A program made the translations under genes and the position numbers. This document shows positions 29,464 to 39,254 of a stretch of 64,000 nucleotides of DNA, piece by piece; the first letter of the stretch is position 1; every line of letters begins with the position of its first letter. Origin of the DNA: Escherichia phage phiE142; sequence record NC_055709.1; one strand, written 5' to 3'. The notes beneath the pieces are model-generated. The model searched no databases, had not been told where the DNA came from, and saw only the letters and a program-made list of their open reading frames with translations.

Positions 29464-30482
29464 ATTTTAGAATACCGAGATAATCTCATTTTAGCATGCA
29501 ACCCACTTGAAATATTCTGTTTCATATATTCTAAAATTTCTTGTGGTGTTGCATTTTCTTTCATTACCATATCATTCACATCCTTTGAACTCCATGGAGC
29601 TCTATCCCAGAACATAACACGTTCACCTGCATCTACTAATCGCTTCATACGAGCTATAGTATCCGGATGCCTAGGTTCATTATCCATTACCCATACCCGA
29701 CGTTCTTTAAATGGTACCACATCTAAATCTATTGAGCCGCCTGTAATAGCGATTGCATTGGGTATGAATAAACTATCAATAGGGCCTTCCATTACCCAGA
29801 CGTCTCCTTCCTTAACACGTTCAACACCATAAATTTTTGTTGCAGATTCAAAAGCTTTAATAGTGATATATTTTTGAGGAGCATCTTTGCGAAGTGCACG
29901 TCCTTGAAATGACTCGGCCTTCCCGTCTTTATTAAAAATAGGAATCACTAAACGCGGTTCAGGAATCTCTTTCTTATACGTACCAGGTTGAATCTTGTTG
30001 ACCAATTTAGGCCATTCTAATGTGAACCATAATCTGTTCCACGATTCTTTAGGAATACACCGAGACTTAACATATTTCACAATAGGATGCTCTTCAGGCA
30101 GCTTGTCCAGACGAGAACAAGACGGCAAAGAATTTATAGTCTTTTTCTCCGGTTCTGGTTTATGTTCAGGAACCTTTTCAATCTTTGGTTCCATTCTAGC
30201 TTTTTCTTTACGAACTTCCATTAGATATTCACGATAAAGCTCTTCGTCATACTCTTTTAAGTATCCGGAAATTGTATTATGATATTGGCAGTTATAGCAA
30301 TGCACATTACCTGGAGTACCACCGTAATACCATCCGCGGGCTTTCATTGCATCTGTCTGAGAGTCGCCGCAAACTGGACAACGAAACGTTAATTTAAATG
30401 TGCTTGAATTATTGATTTGTCTAAAACGAGGTAGGTGAGAAAACGCACGATAAGCAAATTCATTATCTATCCATTCAGCCAT
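29460..30482 (-). CDS. 61: DNA primase gp61
   Basis: 340 aa; N-terminal zinc ribbon CPVCGDS...CYNCQYH and TOPRIM-like C-terminal region; T4 gp61 size/position. Confidence 0.85.
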   Translation of the reverse strand: MAEWIDNEFAYRAFSHLPRFRQINNSSTFKLTFRCPVCGDSQTDAMKARGWYYGGTPGNVHCYNCQYHNTISGYLKEYDEELYREYLMEVRKEKARMEPKIEKVPEHKPEPEKKTINSLPSCSRLDKLPEEHPIVKYVKSRCIPKESWNRLWFTLEWPKLVNKIQPGTYKKEIPEPRLVIPIFNKDGKAESFQGRALRKDAPQKYITIKAFESATKIYGVERVKEGDVWVMEGPIDSLFIPNAIAITGGSIDLDVVPFKERRVWVMDNEPRHPDTIARMKRLVDAGERVMFWDRAPWSSKDVNDMVMKENATPQEILEYMKQNISSGLHAKMRLSRYSKI

Positions 30483-30521
30483 AGTATTCTCCAGAGGCCT
30501 TAAATTAATAAGGCCATCATA

Positions 30522-31016
30522 TCACAACTTATTAATATTTACTTTAATTCGCTTTCTTTTCTTGGAAGGAATTTGTTCTGGACCTTTATTTACGACTGCA
30601 CCTGTAGTTGTTCCTGATGCAATAGCTTGAGGGCTGCCACCTGAATCACCAGCCACCATATCCTCAAATAAAGGGAGTTCTTTAAATATTTCTTTCTGCT
30701 GTTCTTCTGTAATGTTATAGCGGGATGCTACGGCACTCCAGGCAGACATCATTGAGGCCATTCCATTAAGACCTGGAACAGTACTCATCATTCGCTTCAT
30801 TGAACGAACTGAAGCATGAAAAGGTGTATAAGCCGCTTTCTCTTCGGGAGTAGAAGGACGTTTAAGAACACTTCCACGTTCATCGATGATTTTGGCTTCG
30901 TACGCTTTCCATTCTGTAAAAGGTTTTTGCATTAGTCGAATAAACTTATATGCATAAACTGAATCTATTGCAGTGTTAATAATACCCATAGGTACCTCCT
31001 GAGTATATTTAATCAA
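30522..31016 (-). CDS. Hypothetical protein (164 aa)
   Basis: ORF only. Confidence 0.5.
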   Translation of the reverse strand: MIKYTQEVPMGIINTAIDSVYAYKFIRLMQKPFTEWKAYEAKIIDERGSVLKRPSTPEEKAAYTPFHASVRSMKRMMSTVPGLNGMASMMSAWSAVASRYNITEEQQKEIFKELPLFEDMVAGDSGGSPQAIASGTTTGAVVNKGPEQIPSKKRKRIKVNINKL

Positions 31017-31206
31017 TCACAAAGATCGCTTTATCACCGTTCGCATCTGTGACTTCATATGTAGTGTCTTCATAGTGTGGAATATTCCAAATTACACCAT
31101 CATTAGCTTTTACACTAATATGACATTGGTGTTTTGAAACAACTTCATAATCTTCAAAACTTGTAAAAACACTAATTTTAGAACCAGTGCAAATTGCAGT
31201 AGTCAT
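31009..31206 (-). CDS. Hypothetical protein (65 aa)
   Basis: ORF only. Confidence 0.4.
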   Translation of the reverse strand: MTTAICTGSKISVFTSFEDYEVVSKHQCHISVKANDGVIWNIPHYEDTTYEVTDANGDKAIFVID

Positions 31207-31207
31207 T

Positions 31208-31867
31208 TTAACCTCGATTCATAAATGCATTAAATATTTGGTCATCAACAGAAATTTCTAATTCGACTTCAATTGTTTCAGCCTTTTCTTCAGGTGGTAA
31301 TTCGTATCCACACACTACAATTTTTTCATCGATATCAAAATATACAGAAGCAATACGATTAATGTTACTTTCAGTTAAGTCTAAATCAACATCAACATCT
31401 TTTTGACCTACACTTAAAGGATAACTAATACGGGTTATTTTATTATCTTTAACAAAGAGTCCACCAACATACTCTGTACTACGTTTGAAGTTTACACGTT
31501 TCCGAATTGAAAGATATGATACATCTTTACCGTGAGCTCGGCTCATAGGACATAATGAATAGCTAGAATAAGAGATGTCAAATCCTACACCTTCAATATG
31601 AGCCAACGTGTCATGATTAAACCAATTATAATCATATGCCAAATCCATTATATTGTAATATGTGAAAGGCACAGGATTAACATCATATGTTGTACCTTTA
31701 AAATCTGCCCAGGCAACGATTTCGTTATCTTTAACAATTACAAAAATTACACCAATATGGTATCCGTTATTATTTTCATTCGGCGTTATATTATAACATT
31801 GTGCATTAGGAAATTTACCATATTTAAATGGCGCATTTTTGTGCATATAATAAATCATATTATTCAC
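31208..31867 (-). CDS. Hypothetical protein (219 aa)
   Basis: ORF only. Confidence 0.5.
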   Translation of the reverse strand: MNNMIYYMHKNAPFKYGKFPNAQCYNITPNENNNGYHIGVIFVIVKDNEIVAWADFKGTTYDVNPVPFTYYNIMDLAYDYNWFNHDTLAHIEGVGFDISYSSYSLCPMSRAHGKDVSYLSIRKRVNFKRSTEYVGGLFVKDNKITRISYPLSVGQKDVDVDLDLTESNINRIASVYFDIDEKIVVCGYELPPEEKAETIEVELEISVDDQIFNAFMNRG

Positions 31868-32153
31868 CTGTGATTTCGGTTACGATATCTTTGTTATCGA
31901 AATTAGGGTCACAATACAAAACATAGTTGTACTGCATGATACCACCAGACTTAAGTTGTTCAACAACTTTATTAACCATATTAGGACGATCTCGTTTAGT
32001 GATGTTCATGATATCAGAGAAGATTTGTTGTTCAACATCTTCTTGATTTGCAGTCATTGACCACTCACAGAGGTCTTTATCATAACCTGCTGTAACTGGA
32101 GCTGGTGCACATGATACTGCGAGTAAGATTGCTGCCAATGATAACTTTTTCAT
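31860..32153 (-). CDS. Secreted 97-aa protein, candidate Spackle (Sp)-like
   Basis: N-terminal signal peptide MKKLSLAAILLAVSCAPA; size and location match T4 sp (positional inference). Confidence 0.45.
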   Translation of the reverse strand: MKKLSLAAILLAVSCAPAPVTAGYDKDLCEWSMTANQEDVEQQIFSDIMNITKRDRPNMVNKVVEQLKSGGIMQYNYVLYCDPNFDNKDIVTEITGE

Positions 32154-32216
32154 TTTAACTCCTTAGTTGATTTAATAGGACTACTATACTATAGTCCATC
32201 TATAATGTAAATAAGT

Positions 32217-32465
32217 TTATTCTTTTTCGCGAATAATAATTACTTGTTGGGGCTGCTGAGCAGATTTCTTTTCGGCAACGATAGACCAAATTAAAGTTCC
32301 AATCCAACCAACCATCGTCCAGTTAAAGAGTAAAGATACAAAGAAGATTGCTGTTGTGCTTTTTGTGCCACGAATAAGTGCGATTACCCAAGGCAACATG
32401 TAAATGATGATTGAACCAATACCTGCGATTAAAACTGCTACTGAACTAGCTACGAATAATTCCAT
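32217..32465 (-). CDS. Small membrane protein of the superinfection-immunity (Imm) family
   Basis: 82 aa, two TM segments; YMLPWVIALIRGTK and GWIGTLIWSI resemble the Imm superinfection-immunity domain. Confidence 0.5.
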   Translation of the reverse strand: MELFVASSVAVLIAGIGSIIIYMLPWVIALIRGTKSTTAIFFVSLLFNWTMVGWIGTLIWSIVAEKKSAQQPQQVIIIREKE

Positions 32466-32526
32466 GTTAATTTCCTCTTGATTTGTTATGTTTATAATAT
32501 CTTGTTTTAACTTTGGCGTAAACCAA

Positions 32527-32895
32527 TTAATTAAATTTGTTTAAACGTTCAATACACTGGACATAGTTATTCGCGATTTGTTTCTGGGAAGGCTCTTTAC
32601 CAGTTGTTTCAACATAGCGAATGAATGCGATTTCAGTAGCCTGTAAGCAATGTTCTTTAACGCGTTGTTCTTTTGACAATGCTACAGTATCAGAATCACG
32701 ATAACGTTGAGCATGGGCATCAGCTTGAATCATTCGATTACCTACAGTAACCGGGTCTTCCACTTCAACTTTAGGTTGGTCATACTGTTTAACATTCGGA
32801 TTGTAAATCAATTGGCCAACGTTATTAGGGATAAAGCCATGGGCACCACATCCGGTTAATCCAAATACCATTGCTAAAGCGATTAATTTTTTCAT
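32527..32895 (-). CDS. Lipoprotein (122 aa)
   Basis: Signal peptide with lipobox LTGC. Confidence 0.55.
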   Translation of the reverse strand: MKKLIALAMVFGLTGCGAHGFIPNNVGQLIYNPNVKQYDQPKVEVEDPVTVGNRMIQADAHAQRYRDSDTVALSKEQRVKEHCLQATEIAFIRYVETTGKEPSQKQIANNYVQCIERLNKFN

Positions 32896-32967
32896 TTCAA
32901 TTTCCTCTGTAGTTGATAGAAAGATAGTAACACAGTATGTAGTGCTTGTAAACAGCTATTTTTAAAA

Positions 32968-33156
32968 TTATCGAAAATCAGCTTCAAAAACTTTCTCGTC
33001 ATTAACAAATGCTTTAACTAATGCTTTGTTCACTTCAGCAAGTTGTACCGTAACCCACTCGATTTCTTCACGGTCACCTGATAACATGATATCTTTAGTG
33101 AACATCTCACCGCTTTTAAACCAACCGATAAAAGTAACTTTAGTTAATTTGCTCAT
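32968..33156 (-). CDS. Dmd-like antitoxin candidate
   Basis: 62-aa protein in the 61-41 interval, size and position of T4 dmd; identity not verified. Confidence 0.45.
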   Translation of the reverse strand: MSKLTKVTFIGWFKSGEMFTKDIMLSGDREEIEWVTVQLAEVNKALVKAFVNDEKVFEADFR

Positions 33157-33470
33157 ATTTCCTCACAGAACGCCCATTCAGCATGATAAACTGTAGCACC
33201 TTTAGTATTATTCATTTGAACTACGTCTACCGGAGAAATTACTCGATAGAGACGTGGTTCACCTCCATAAGAGCGTGCTGCTCGTCCTGCATAAATCTTT
33301 GCTAAACCGATATCTTCAGTAAAGAATACACGATTCAAGTTTTTCTTACGTCCGGTTTCAGACAGAACTCCTGTTTCTTCAGGAGGACAAAGCATGTTTT
33401 CGATGTTAGCTGAACTACTTGAACCGTGATAAAAAATCTTAAATTCTGCTTTACAATCGATGGTTTTCAT
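33153..33470 (-). CDS. Hypothetical protein (105 aa)
   Basis: ORF only. Confidence 0.5.
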   Translation of the reverse strand: MKTIDCKAEFKIFYHGSSSSANIENMLCPPEETGVLSETGRKKNLNRVFFTEDIGLAKIYAGRAARSYGGEPRLYRVISPVDVVQMNNTKGATVYHAEWAFCEEI

Positions 33471-33525
33471 TTTGTTCTCCAGTAGTTGATAGGTCTATAA
33501 TAACACAACTACTGGAGAAGTAAAC

Positions 33526-33900
33526 TTAAAAACGTAATTTAGATATATCTGCGTTGATTTCGTTTTGGTTTGCGTCGTATGCAATTAAACGAACCGCTTT
33601 AGATGGGTCATTCAATGCATAGAAATGATGGAACATTGCTCGAACGATATCACCATTTACGAGTTCTACCTGGATAGGAGAACCTTTTTCGAGTTGGAAA
33701 TGTTCATAAGCTTTAATGGTTCGCAGATAATCAAGTTTTTGATTTCCGGCTCCAACGATTTGTACGATACGTTTGCCCATGTTTTCCATACGAGATACAA
33801 TAGTTTTAGGAGCAAGAATAACGTAGGTTGCCAGCGGAGAAACTACTTCAACAGTTGTGTTTTCGGTGATTGCAGTAAAAATTGCTTGAGACATATTCAT
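33526..33900 (-). CDS. Hypothetical protein (124 aa)
   Basis: ORF with AAGAGGAAA ribosome-binding site and own promoter. Confidence 0.5.
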   Translation of the reverse strand: MNMSQAIFTAITENTTVEVVSPLATYVILAPKTIVSRMENMGKRIVQIVGAGNQKLDYLRTIKAYEHFQLEKGSPIQVELVNGDIVRAMFHHFYALNDPSKAVRLIAYDANQNEINADISKLRF

Positions 33901-33929
33901 AATGTTTTCCTCTTGGTTGGTGTAAGTAC

Positions 33930-33959
33930 ATCATATCATGACTAGAGGAAGATGTAAAC
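33930..33959 (-). promoter_or_regulatory. Sigma70-type early promoter-like element with spacer complementary to downstream ribosome-binding site
   Basis: Minus strand GTTTAC, 18 nt, TATGAT; spacer CTTCCTCT is complementary to AGAGGAA at 33908-33914. Confidence 0.5.
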
Positions 33960-33966
33960 CCCGAAA

Positions 33967-33990
33967 GGAGACCGAAGTCTCCTTTTTATT
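33967..33990. other. GC hairpin directly after the gene 41 stop
   Basis: GGAGACCGAAGTCTCC; T-tract follows on the plus strand, not on the minus strand. Confidence 0.5.
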
Positions 33991-35431
33991 AAAATTTTAA
34001 CTCATTGGCTAAGCTATCTAGGTCAGCACGTGTTGCTTTGGCTTTACCTACGCGTTCCGTACGATTCACCTCTGCCTGACGCATCTGAGCACCTGCGTTT
34101 TCATTTACCGTGTTAGGTGTGTTCATGCCTTCTTGCTCAATCTCAACCCATTTCTGATTGCCTTTACGTACACCCATCAGGAATTTATTCCACTTATTCT
34201 TATCACCATATCGTGATTTGATTTGTTTGATAAGTTGTTGTTCAGCTTGTGCAAGTTCTTCGGTTTCAATTACAGCCAACATGAAATCTGCCGTTGCTGG
34301 TAAACCTGCTGATTCTGCAATATCGCTCATGTTCATGTCTGAAGCATCCCATGCTGCACGTCCTACTTGAGCTGCAGTCCATAGAACTGTTTCAGATTCT
34401 ACTGCTAATGCACGAAGTTCTTCTGCGATAGCTTTAACTAATGTGTAACTATTTTCAGTGTAAACTCTGATACGACAAGACCCACAAATACCTAAGTAAT
34501 CGACTATGATTACAGACGGCACAAAGTTCTTCTTGAGTTTCAATTCATTAAGCAATGCACGGAATGTATTAGCATTAGCTCCACCAGTAGGATACTGTTT
34601 GACTACTAAACGTCCTAATGTTGATTTTGAACGCCATTTTTCCATCTTGGCTTTATATTCAGCATAAGATACGTTACCATCATCGATATCATCGAGTGAT
34701 ACGTCAAGCATGTTTGCATCTATACGCTTAGCACAAACTTCTTCAGCCATTTCCATGGAAATATAAAGAACATTATGTCCTGTTTGAAGATAATCTGCAG
34801 CAAGTGAACAAAGGCCTAAAGATTTACCAACGTTAACACCGGCCATTAAAACGTTCAGTGTACCTGTTTCAGCACCACCTTTGGTGATTTTATTCAGAAT
34901 GTTTAATTTGAACGGGACCTTACGTGCTTTATTTAGATAAGAAAGCCAGCGTGCTTCATAGTCTTCCATCCAGTCATGACCAACATAACTATCAAACGAA
35001 ATTGAAAGTGCTTGACGCATAATATCAGGAATAGCTCCTACGTCAGGCATTTTCTTGTTACGTTGTTCTGGAGGTAGTTCGGCATTAGTCTGAATCTCAA
35101 TGATTTTGGACGTGGCATTATACATCGCTTTTTGCTGGACATATTTCTCAGTTTCTTTAACCAACCATTCGTGGTCTTCAGGAGTATCAGCCAATTTTTC
35201 AATTAGGTCTGAAGTTCCTTTATACTCTACTTCGGTTAAAGAACTGTTATCTAAAGCCACCTTTAATGCATTAATGGATGGCATTGCGTTATATTCGTTA
35301 ACGTGGTTCTTTATAATTTTAAAGACATTTTTTGCCGGTCCACGCTCAAAATACTCAGAATCCATATAAGGCCAGACCTTAGAAAAATAAGCCTGGTCAT
35401 ATACGAGATGAGACAAAATAATTTCTACCAC
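33989..35431 (-). CDS. 41: Replicative DNA helicase gp41 (DnaB-like)
   Basis: 480 aa; Walker A GVNVGKS region, RecA-like core; T4 gp41 size and position. Confidence 0.9.
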   Translation of the reverse strand: MVEIILSHLVYDQAYFSKVWPYMDSEYFERGPAKNVFKIIKNHVNEYNAMPSINALKVALDNSSLTEVEYKGTSDLIEKLADTPEDHEWLVKETEKYVQQKAMYNATSKIIEIQTNAELPPEQRNKKMPDVGAIPDIMRQALSISFDSYVGHDWMEDYEARWLSYLNKARKVPFKLNILNKITKGGAETGTLNVLMAGVNVGKSLGLCSLAADYLQTGHNVLYISMEMAEEVCAKRIDANMLDVSLDDIDDGNVSYAEYKAKMEKWRSKSTLGRLVVKQYPTGGANANTFRALLNELKLKKNFVPSVIIVDYLGICGSCRIRVYTENSYTLVKAIAEELRALAVESETVLWTAAQVGRAAWDASDMNMSDIAESAGLPATADFMLAVIETEELAQAEQQLIKQIKSRYGDKNKWNKFLMGVRKGNQKWVEIEQEGMNTPNTVNENAGAQMRQAEVNRTERVGKAKATRADLDSLANELKF

Positions 35432-35440
35432 GATAACTCC

Positions 35441-35803
35441 TTAAAAGAATTTAAATTTTTTCTTGGTTCGTTCATTAAAAGCTTGTTGTACCTGCATTGT
35501 AACACATTTTTCAACATGTGGTGCAAGTTCTGCTTTTCTGTCCTGGTCAAGAACTGCAAAGTCCATTACGATTTTACCATCAACCCAGTCTAGTTTTGTA
35601 ATATAGACTATATGATGAGAACCGTCTTCAAGTGTAATCAGAATCTCTTGAATGACATTTTCCATTGCTGAACGGATAATTTTAAGAGATTCATTAAACA
35701 CTCGTTCTTTGCGAATGTCTTCCCCTTCCGAAGAAGGGGATTCATCAACGATTTCTAGATTTAAATCATCGAGATTATTCATCGAAATCTTCCATTTCGT
35801 CAA
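35441..35803 (-). CDS. gp40-like protein (120 aa)
   Basis: Positional call between uvsX and 41. Confidence 0.45.
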   Translation of the reverse strand: MTKWKISMNNLDDLNLEIVDESPSSEGEDIRKERVFNESLKIIRSAMENVIQEILITLEDGSHHIVYITKLDWVDGKIVMDFAVLDQDRKAELAPHVEKCVTMQVQQAFNERTKKKFKFF

Positions 35804-36947
35804 GGTCGTTTTCTATATCTGCTGCAGATGGAGCATCAGAAGTTTTAACCGGAACTTTAGTTGTTGCTTTGCAATTAATAAGGTCATTAACAGCGTCATC
35901 AACTTCTTTAATAGAAGAGATAGCACCTAGTTTATATTTAGTTTCAATTGCGTCACGAAAAGGTTTGTGTTTAAACAACGGACCCCAGAATTCTACACAA
36001 TCAGTAGCTTTAGCACGCCACGATTTCTCTTCACGAATCATTTCACCTGTTTCTTCGTCAAGGAATTCACGAGCATACCAACCAGCTTTAGGCTTAACAA
36101 CAAATCCAATTTCAGTTGCCATTTCTAACAAGCCACTGAATGGATCAATACCACCATCAAAATTAACTGTGATTGGGAAAGTAGATTTCTCTTTAACTGT
36201 ACGAGATTTTTCTGCTTTCAACGTGAAGTCATAACCGGTCAATTCTGTACCTTCTTTAACCTGACGTTTAGAGATAAAGAATACAGTGTTAGCAGAGTAA
36301 AGAATACCTGTACCACCACCCATAATCTCTTTAGGATATAGTCCGCCGATTTCCATTGCTGTATGGTTGATTGCAACACATGGAATATCTTTAATAGTCA
36401 GATACGGGGTCACAATACGGAAAAGAGATTTAAGTGCCTTAGCACGAGACATATCACCTACGACTTTCTCGTTCAACGCATCTTCGGTTTCTTTCTTAGA
36501 TGCAGTATTACCGATTGAATCGATAAAGATAATAACTTTATCACCGCGTTCAATTGCATCAAGCTGATTAGTCATATCAACTTTAAGTTGTTCGACAGAT
36601 TGAATCGGAGTATGAACTACACGGTCTAAATCAACACCCATTGAACGAAAATAAGATTCTGAAGCACCAAATTCTGAGTCATAGAACAAACAGATTGCAT
36701 CTTTATATTTCTTCATATAAGCTGCAACCATAGTTAGTCCAAACAATGTTTTAAAATGTTTAGAAGGTGCAGCAAAAATAGTCAAGCCTGATTGCAATCC
36801 TGCATTCAGAGCACCACCTAGTGCAATATTCAACATCGGAATACGAGTAGGGACTTCATCACGATTATTAAACAGCTTAGACTTAGTCAAGTCTGCAGTC
36901 ATTTTAGAAGTAGAAGCTTTAATCAGACGAGATTTTAAATCAGACAT
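35775..36947 (-). CDS. uvsX: UvsX recombinase (RecA-like)
   Basis: 390 aa; MSDLKSRLIKASTSKMTADL... and RecA core match T4 UvsX. Confidence 0.92.
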   Translation of the reverse strand: MSDLKSRLIKASTSKMTADLTKSKLFNNRDEVPTRIPMLNIALGGALNAGLQSGLTIFAAPSKHFKTLFGLTMVAAYMKKYKDAICLFYDSEFGASESYFRSMGVDLDRVVHTPIQSVEQLKVDMTNQLDAIERGDKVIIFIDSIGNTASKKETEDALNEKVVGDMSRAKALKSLFRIVTPYLTIKDIPCVAINHTAMEIGGLYPKEIMGGGTGILYSANTVFFISKRQVKEGTELTGYDFTLKAEKSRTVKEKSTFPITVNFDGGIDPFSGLLEMATEIGFVVKPKAGWYAREFLDEETGEMIREEKSWRAKATDCVEFWGPLFKHKPFRDAIETKYKLGAISSIKEVDDAVNDLINCKATTKVPVKTSDAPSAADIENDLDEMEDFDE

Positions 36948-37046
36948 TGTATTTTTCCATAGGCATCATTATATTTTACTCATGTTTAAAAGATAAGATG
37001 ATTATATACTAATGATTATACAGCATTTAAAACTTTAAACAGGCTC

Positions 37047-37595
37047 TTAACGAGCCCATTTGATGATTTCTGTAATCAAATCATTACGTTCGCTTGCATT
37101 AAATCCTATAACTTTGTTAGCACCATCATGATTAAGTAATTGATACGTTTGGATTTTGTTATGAATTGCAAACTCTTCAAAATGTGAAATGACTGTATTA
37201 AAACCGAATGAAGACAAAGTAATAAGGTCGTCTTCAAAACTTTCAGTCATTTCGTTACGTGTTAAAATAATTGTGAACACGTCATGGTTTTGGCAAAGAC
37301 GAACATAATCCTGCTCATAAACATCAAGAACCGAGTCAGCATCTTGTCGAATACGTCCATAAACCCAGTTACTAATATATCCACGGTCTAACAGATAAAT
37401 CTTAGTAGGGTCTAAATAATTCAACATCGTTTCGAAACAGCCAACTTCATTTCGAGACTTAACATCGAAACGTCCATCAACTGTTCGTTTAGGGAAATCA
37501 ATCTTTACATATCTTTCACTAATTTCCATTATGTCATTAATGAAAGTTGTTTTACCAGCATTATCCGGGCCATCTACTAAAATAATTTTAGCCAT
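37047..37595 (-). CDS. P-loop kinase-fold protein (NMP/sugar kinase-like)
   Basis: Walker A ILVDGPDNAGKTT at N-terminus, 182 aa; occupies part of the T4 beta-gt slot. Confidence 0.55.
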   Translation of the reverse strand: MAKIILVDGPDNAGKTTFINDIMEISERYVKIDFPKRTVDGRFDVKSRNEVGCFETMLNYLDPTKIYLLDRGYISNWVYGRIRQDADSVLDVYEQDYVRLCQNHDVFTIILTRNEMTESFEDDLITLSSFGFNTVISHFEEFAIHNKIQTYQLLNHDGANKVIGFNASERNDLITEIIKWAR

Positions 37596-37596
37596 T

Positions 37597-38496
37597 TTAT
37601 TCCTCGATTACGACATCTTCGTATTTAGGTATATTATACGGCGAAGAAATTAAAGCATTAAAGTAGATGAACTCACCAAGACCTGGATGGAATACTTCTT
37701 CAGGATTTTCGAAATATTGAATCTTCGGACGTCCTTTAAGAATTTGGTAGTACTCAGTTTTAGTTGGTTTAAAAATTCTAATCAGCGCTTCTTCAGGATA
37801 CTTATTTCTGTCGAAGCTATTATTTGGATCGGTTATATAAAGCGGTTGACCTAATTGAATTGCACATTCAACCACTTGTTCAAAATGATAACACGGATCA
37901 CTAATTCGAAATGGATGAAAAATACCATCTACATGAATAGGAGCCAAATCACCTACAAGACGCTGCATGATGGAAGGACGTATAACTTTCTGCGTTACGA
38001 TAATCTTATTATCATCTGCGCCAGCGTTAACCAGCACTTCCTTTTGACGTTTATTCAACACAGTTGTTTGGATTGAACGATTAACCGACAACATGTCGGT
38101 TTTTAAGAATTCGTCAATATAAAAACGTGGTTTATTAGGGTCTGCAGTGATATTGAAATTGAATTCTACATCAAAAGCGCCGTCATATCCAGTGATATCT
38201 GTGATTAGAAAATCACAATCATAATAAGCAATTAATGAATCAACCACAAATTCATTTTCAGACCAGAAATATTTACGGGTGTTATACGCGTTATCTTTAT
38301 ACCATAATGGAACAAACTTAAATTCTGGAAAAAGACGTTCGCATTCTTTAATATCAGATGCATTACGTGGATATGTAATCACATCACCCGGATTAGCACG
38401 GTGCAAATGAAGTTGGAAGTTGCCATCCTTAAGGATAGCATACTGTCCAGTTTCATAAGACCGCATACTCAAGATAGGTACGCGGAAAATAGCCAT
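37597..38496 (-). CDS. Hypothetical protein (299 aa) in the beta-gt slot
   Basis: No recognisable motif; translationally coupled to flanking genes. Confidence 0.5.
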   Translation of the reverse strand: MAIFRVPILSMRSYETGQYAILKDGNFQLHLHRANPGDVITYPRNASDIKECERLFPEFKFVPLWYKDNAYNTRKYFWSENEFVVDSLIAYYDCDFLITDITGYDGAFDVEFNFNITADPNKPRFYIDEFLKTDMLSVNRSIQTTVLNKRQKEVLVNAGADDNKIIVTQKVIRPSIMQRLVGDLAPIHVDGIFHPFRISDPCYHFEQVVECAIQLGQPLYITDPNNSFDRNKYPEEALIRIFKPTKTEYYQILKGRPKIQYFENPEEVFHPGLGEFIYFNALISSPYNIPKYEDVVIEE

Positions 38497-39212
38497 TAGT
38501 CAAGGAATCCTTTAACATAATCAAAATCACGTTCAAACACATGGGCACTTACCATGGTATGAGTATAATCACCAACTTCTACACCGCATTCGTTAGCGAT
38601 ATAATGAAGTAATTTTCCTTGGAGATAAAAATCCAACTGCATAACAACAGCACAGTTCTGAGAACGCATATGACAGTGGGTATAAAGCTTACCATCACGA
38701 ATATAATAAGTCACTGAGTCAGTACATGGATATTCAAGCGTTTCATCCGAATCAAGCAAAGCCTGATCAGAACTTTCTAGAATTTGGAACACAACTCTTC
38801 GAGAGTTAGGCTTCTCTTTAAGTTCTTTTAGAAGAGCTGGTAATTGGGCCGCAATGCGAGGACCATAGAAAGTGTTGAAGTTCGCCGGCAAAACATCTGA
38901 TTTTGGTTTAGAAATAAATTTAGCGACATTAGGATATGCCTTAAACGCTTCTTCTGCGTTGGTACCACCAGAAATCATAAACTTCCAGAAGTCTTCGGCA
39001 TATTCATAAGAGATGCGGTTAATACGTGGGTCGGTCATTTTGAATGATGATGGAGTGTCAACAACTACTGTCATAGACCCAATTTCATTACAACGTCCAA
39101 TACGAGAATCAGTTACGAATTCCGGGTTTTCTAAAATTTCACGATTGACTGCTTTAAATGCGGTTTGAAAATCTGCGGCTTTGATATATTTCATTGTGTT
39201 ATGTTTTCCCAT
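38496..39212 (-). CDS. 42: dCMP hydroxymethylase gp42-like (thymidylate synthase fold)
   Basis: PCTDSVTYYIRDGKL...HMRSQN block parallels T4 gp42 CTNTVQYLIRDKK...NMRSND; 238 aa. Confidence 0.65.
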   Translation of the reverse strand: MGKHNTMKYIKAADFQTAFKAVNREILENPEFVTDSRIGRCNEIGSMTVVVDTPSSFKMTDPRINRISYEYAEDFWKFMISGGTNAEEAFKAYPNVAKFISKPKSDVLPANFNTFYGPRIAAQLPALLKELKEKPNSRRVVFQILESSDQALLDSDETLEYPCTDSVTYYIRDGKLYTHCHMRSQNCAVVMQLDFYLQGKLLHYIANECGVEVGDYTHTMVSAHVFERDFDYVKGFLD

Positions 39213-39254
39213 GTTTACCTCAATACAATTTATTATATACTCAATTCGTAAAGC

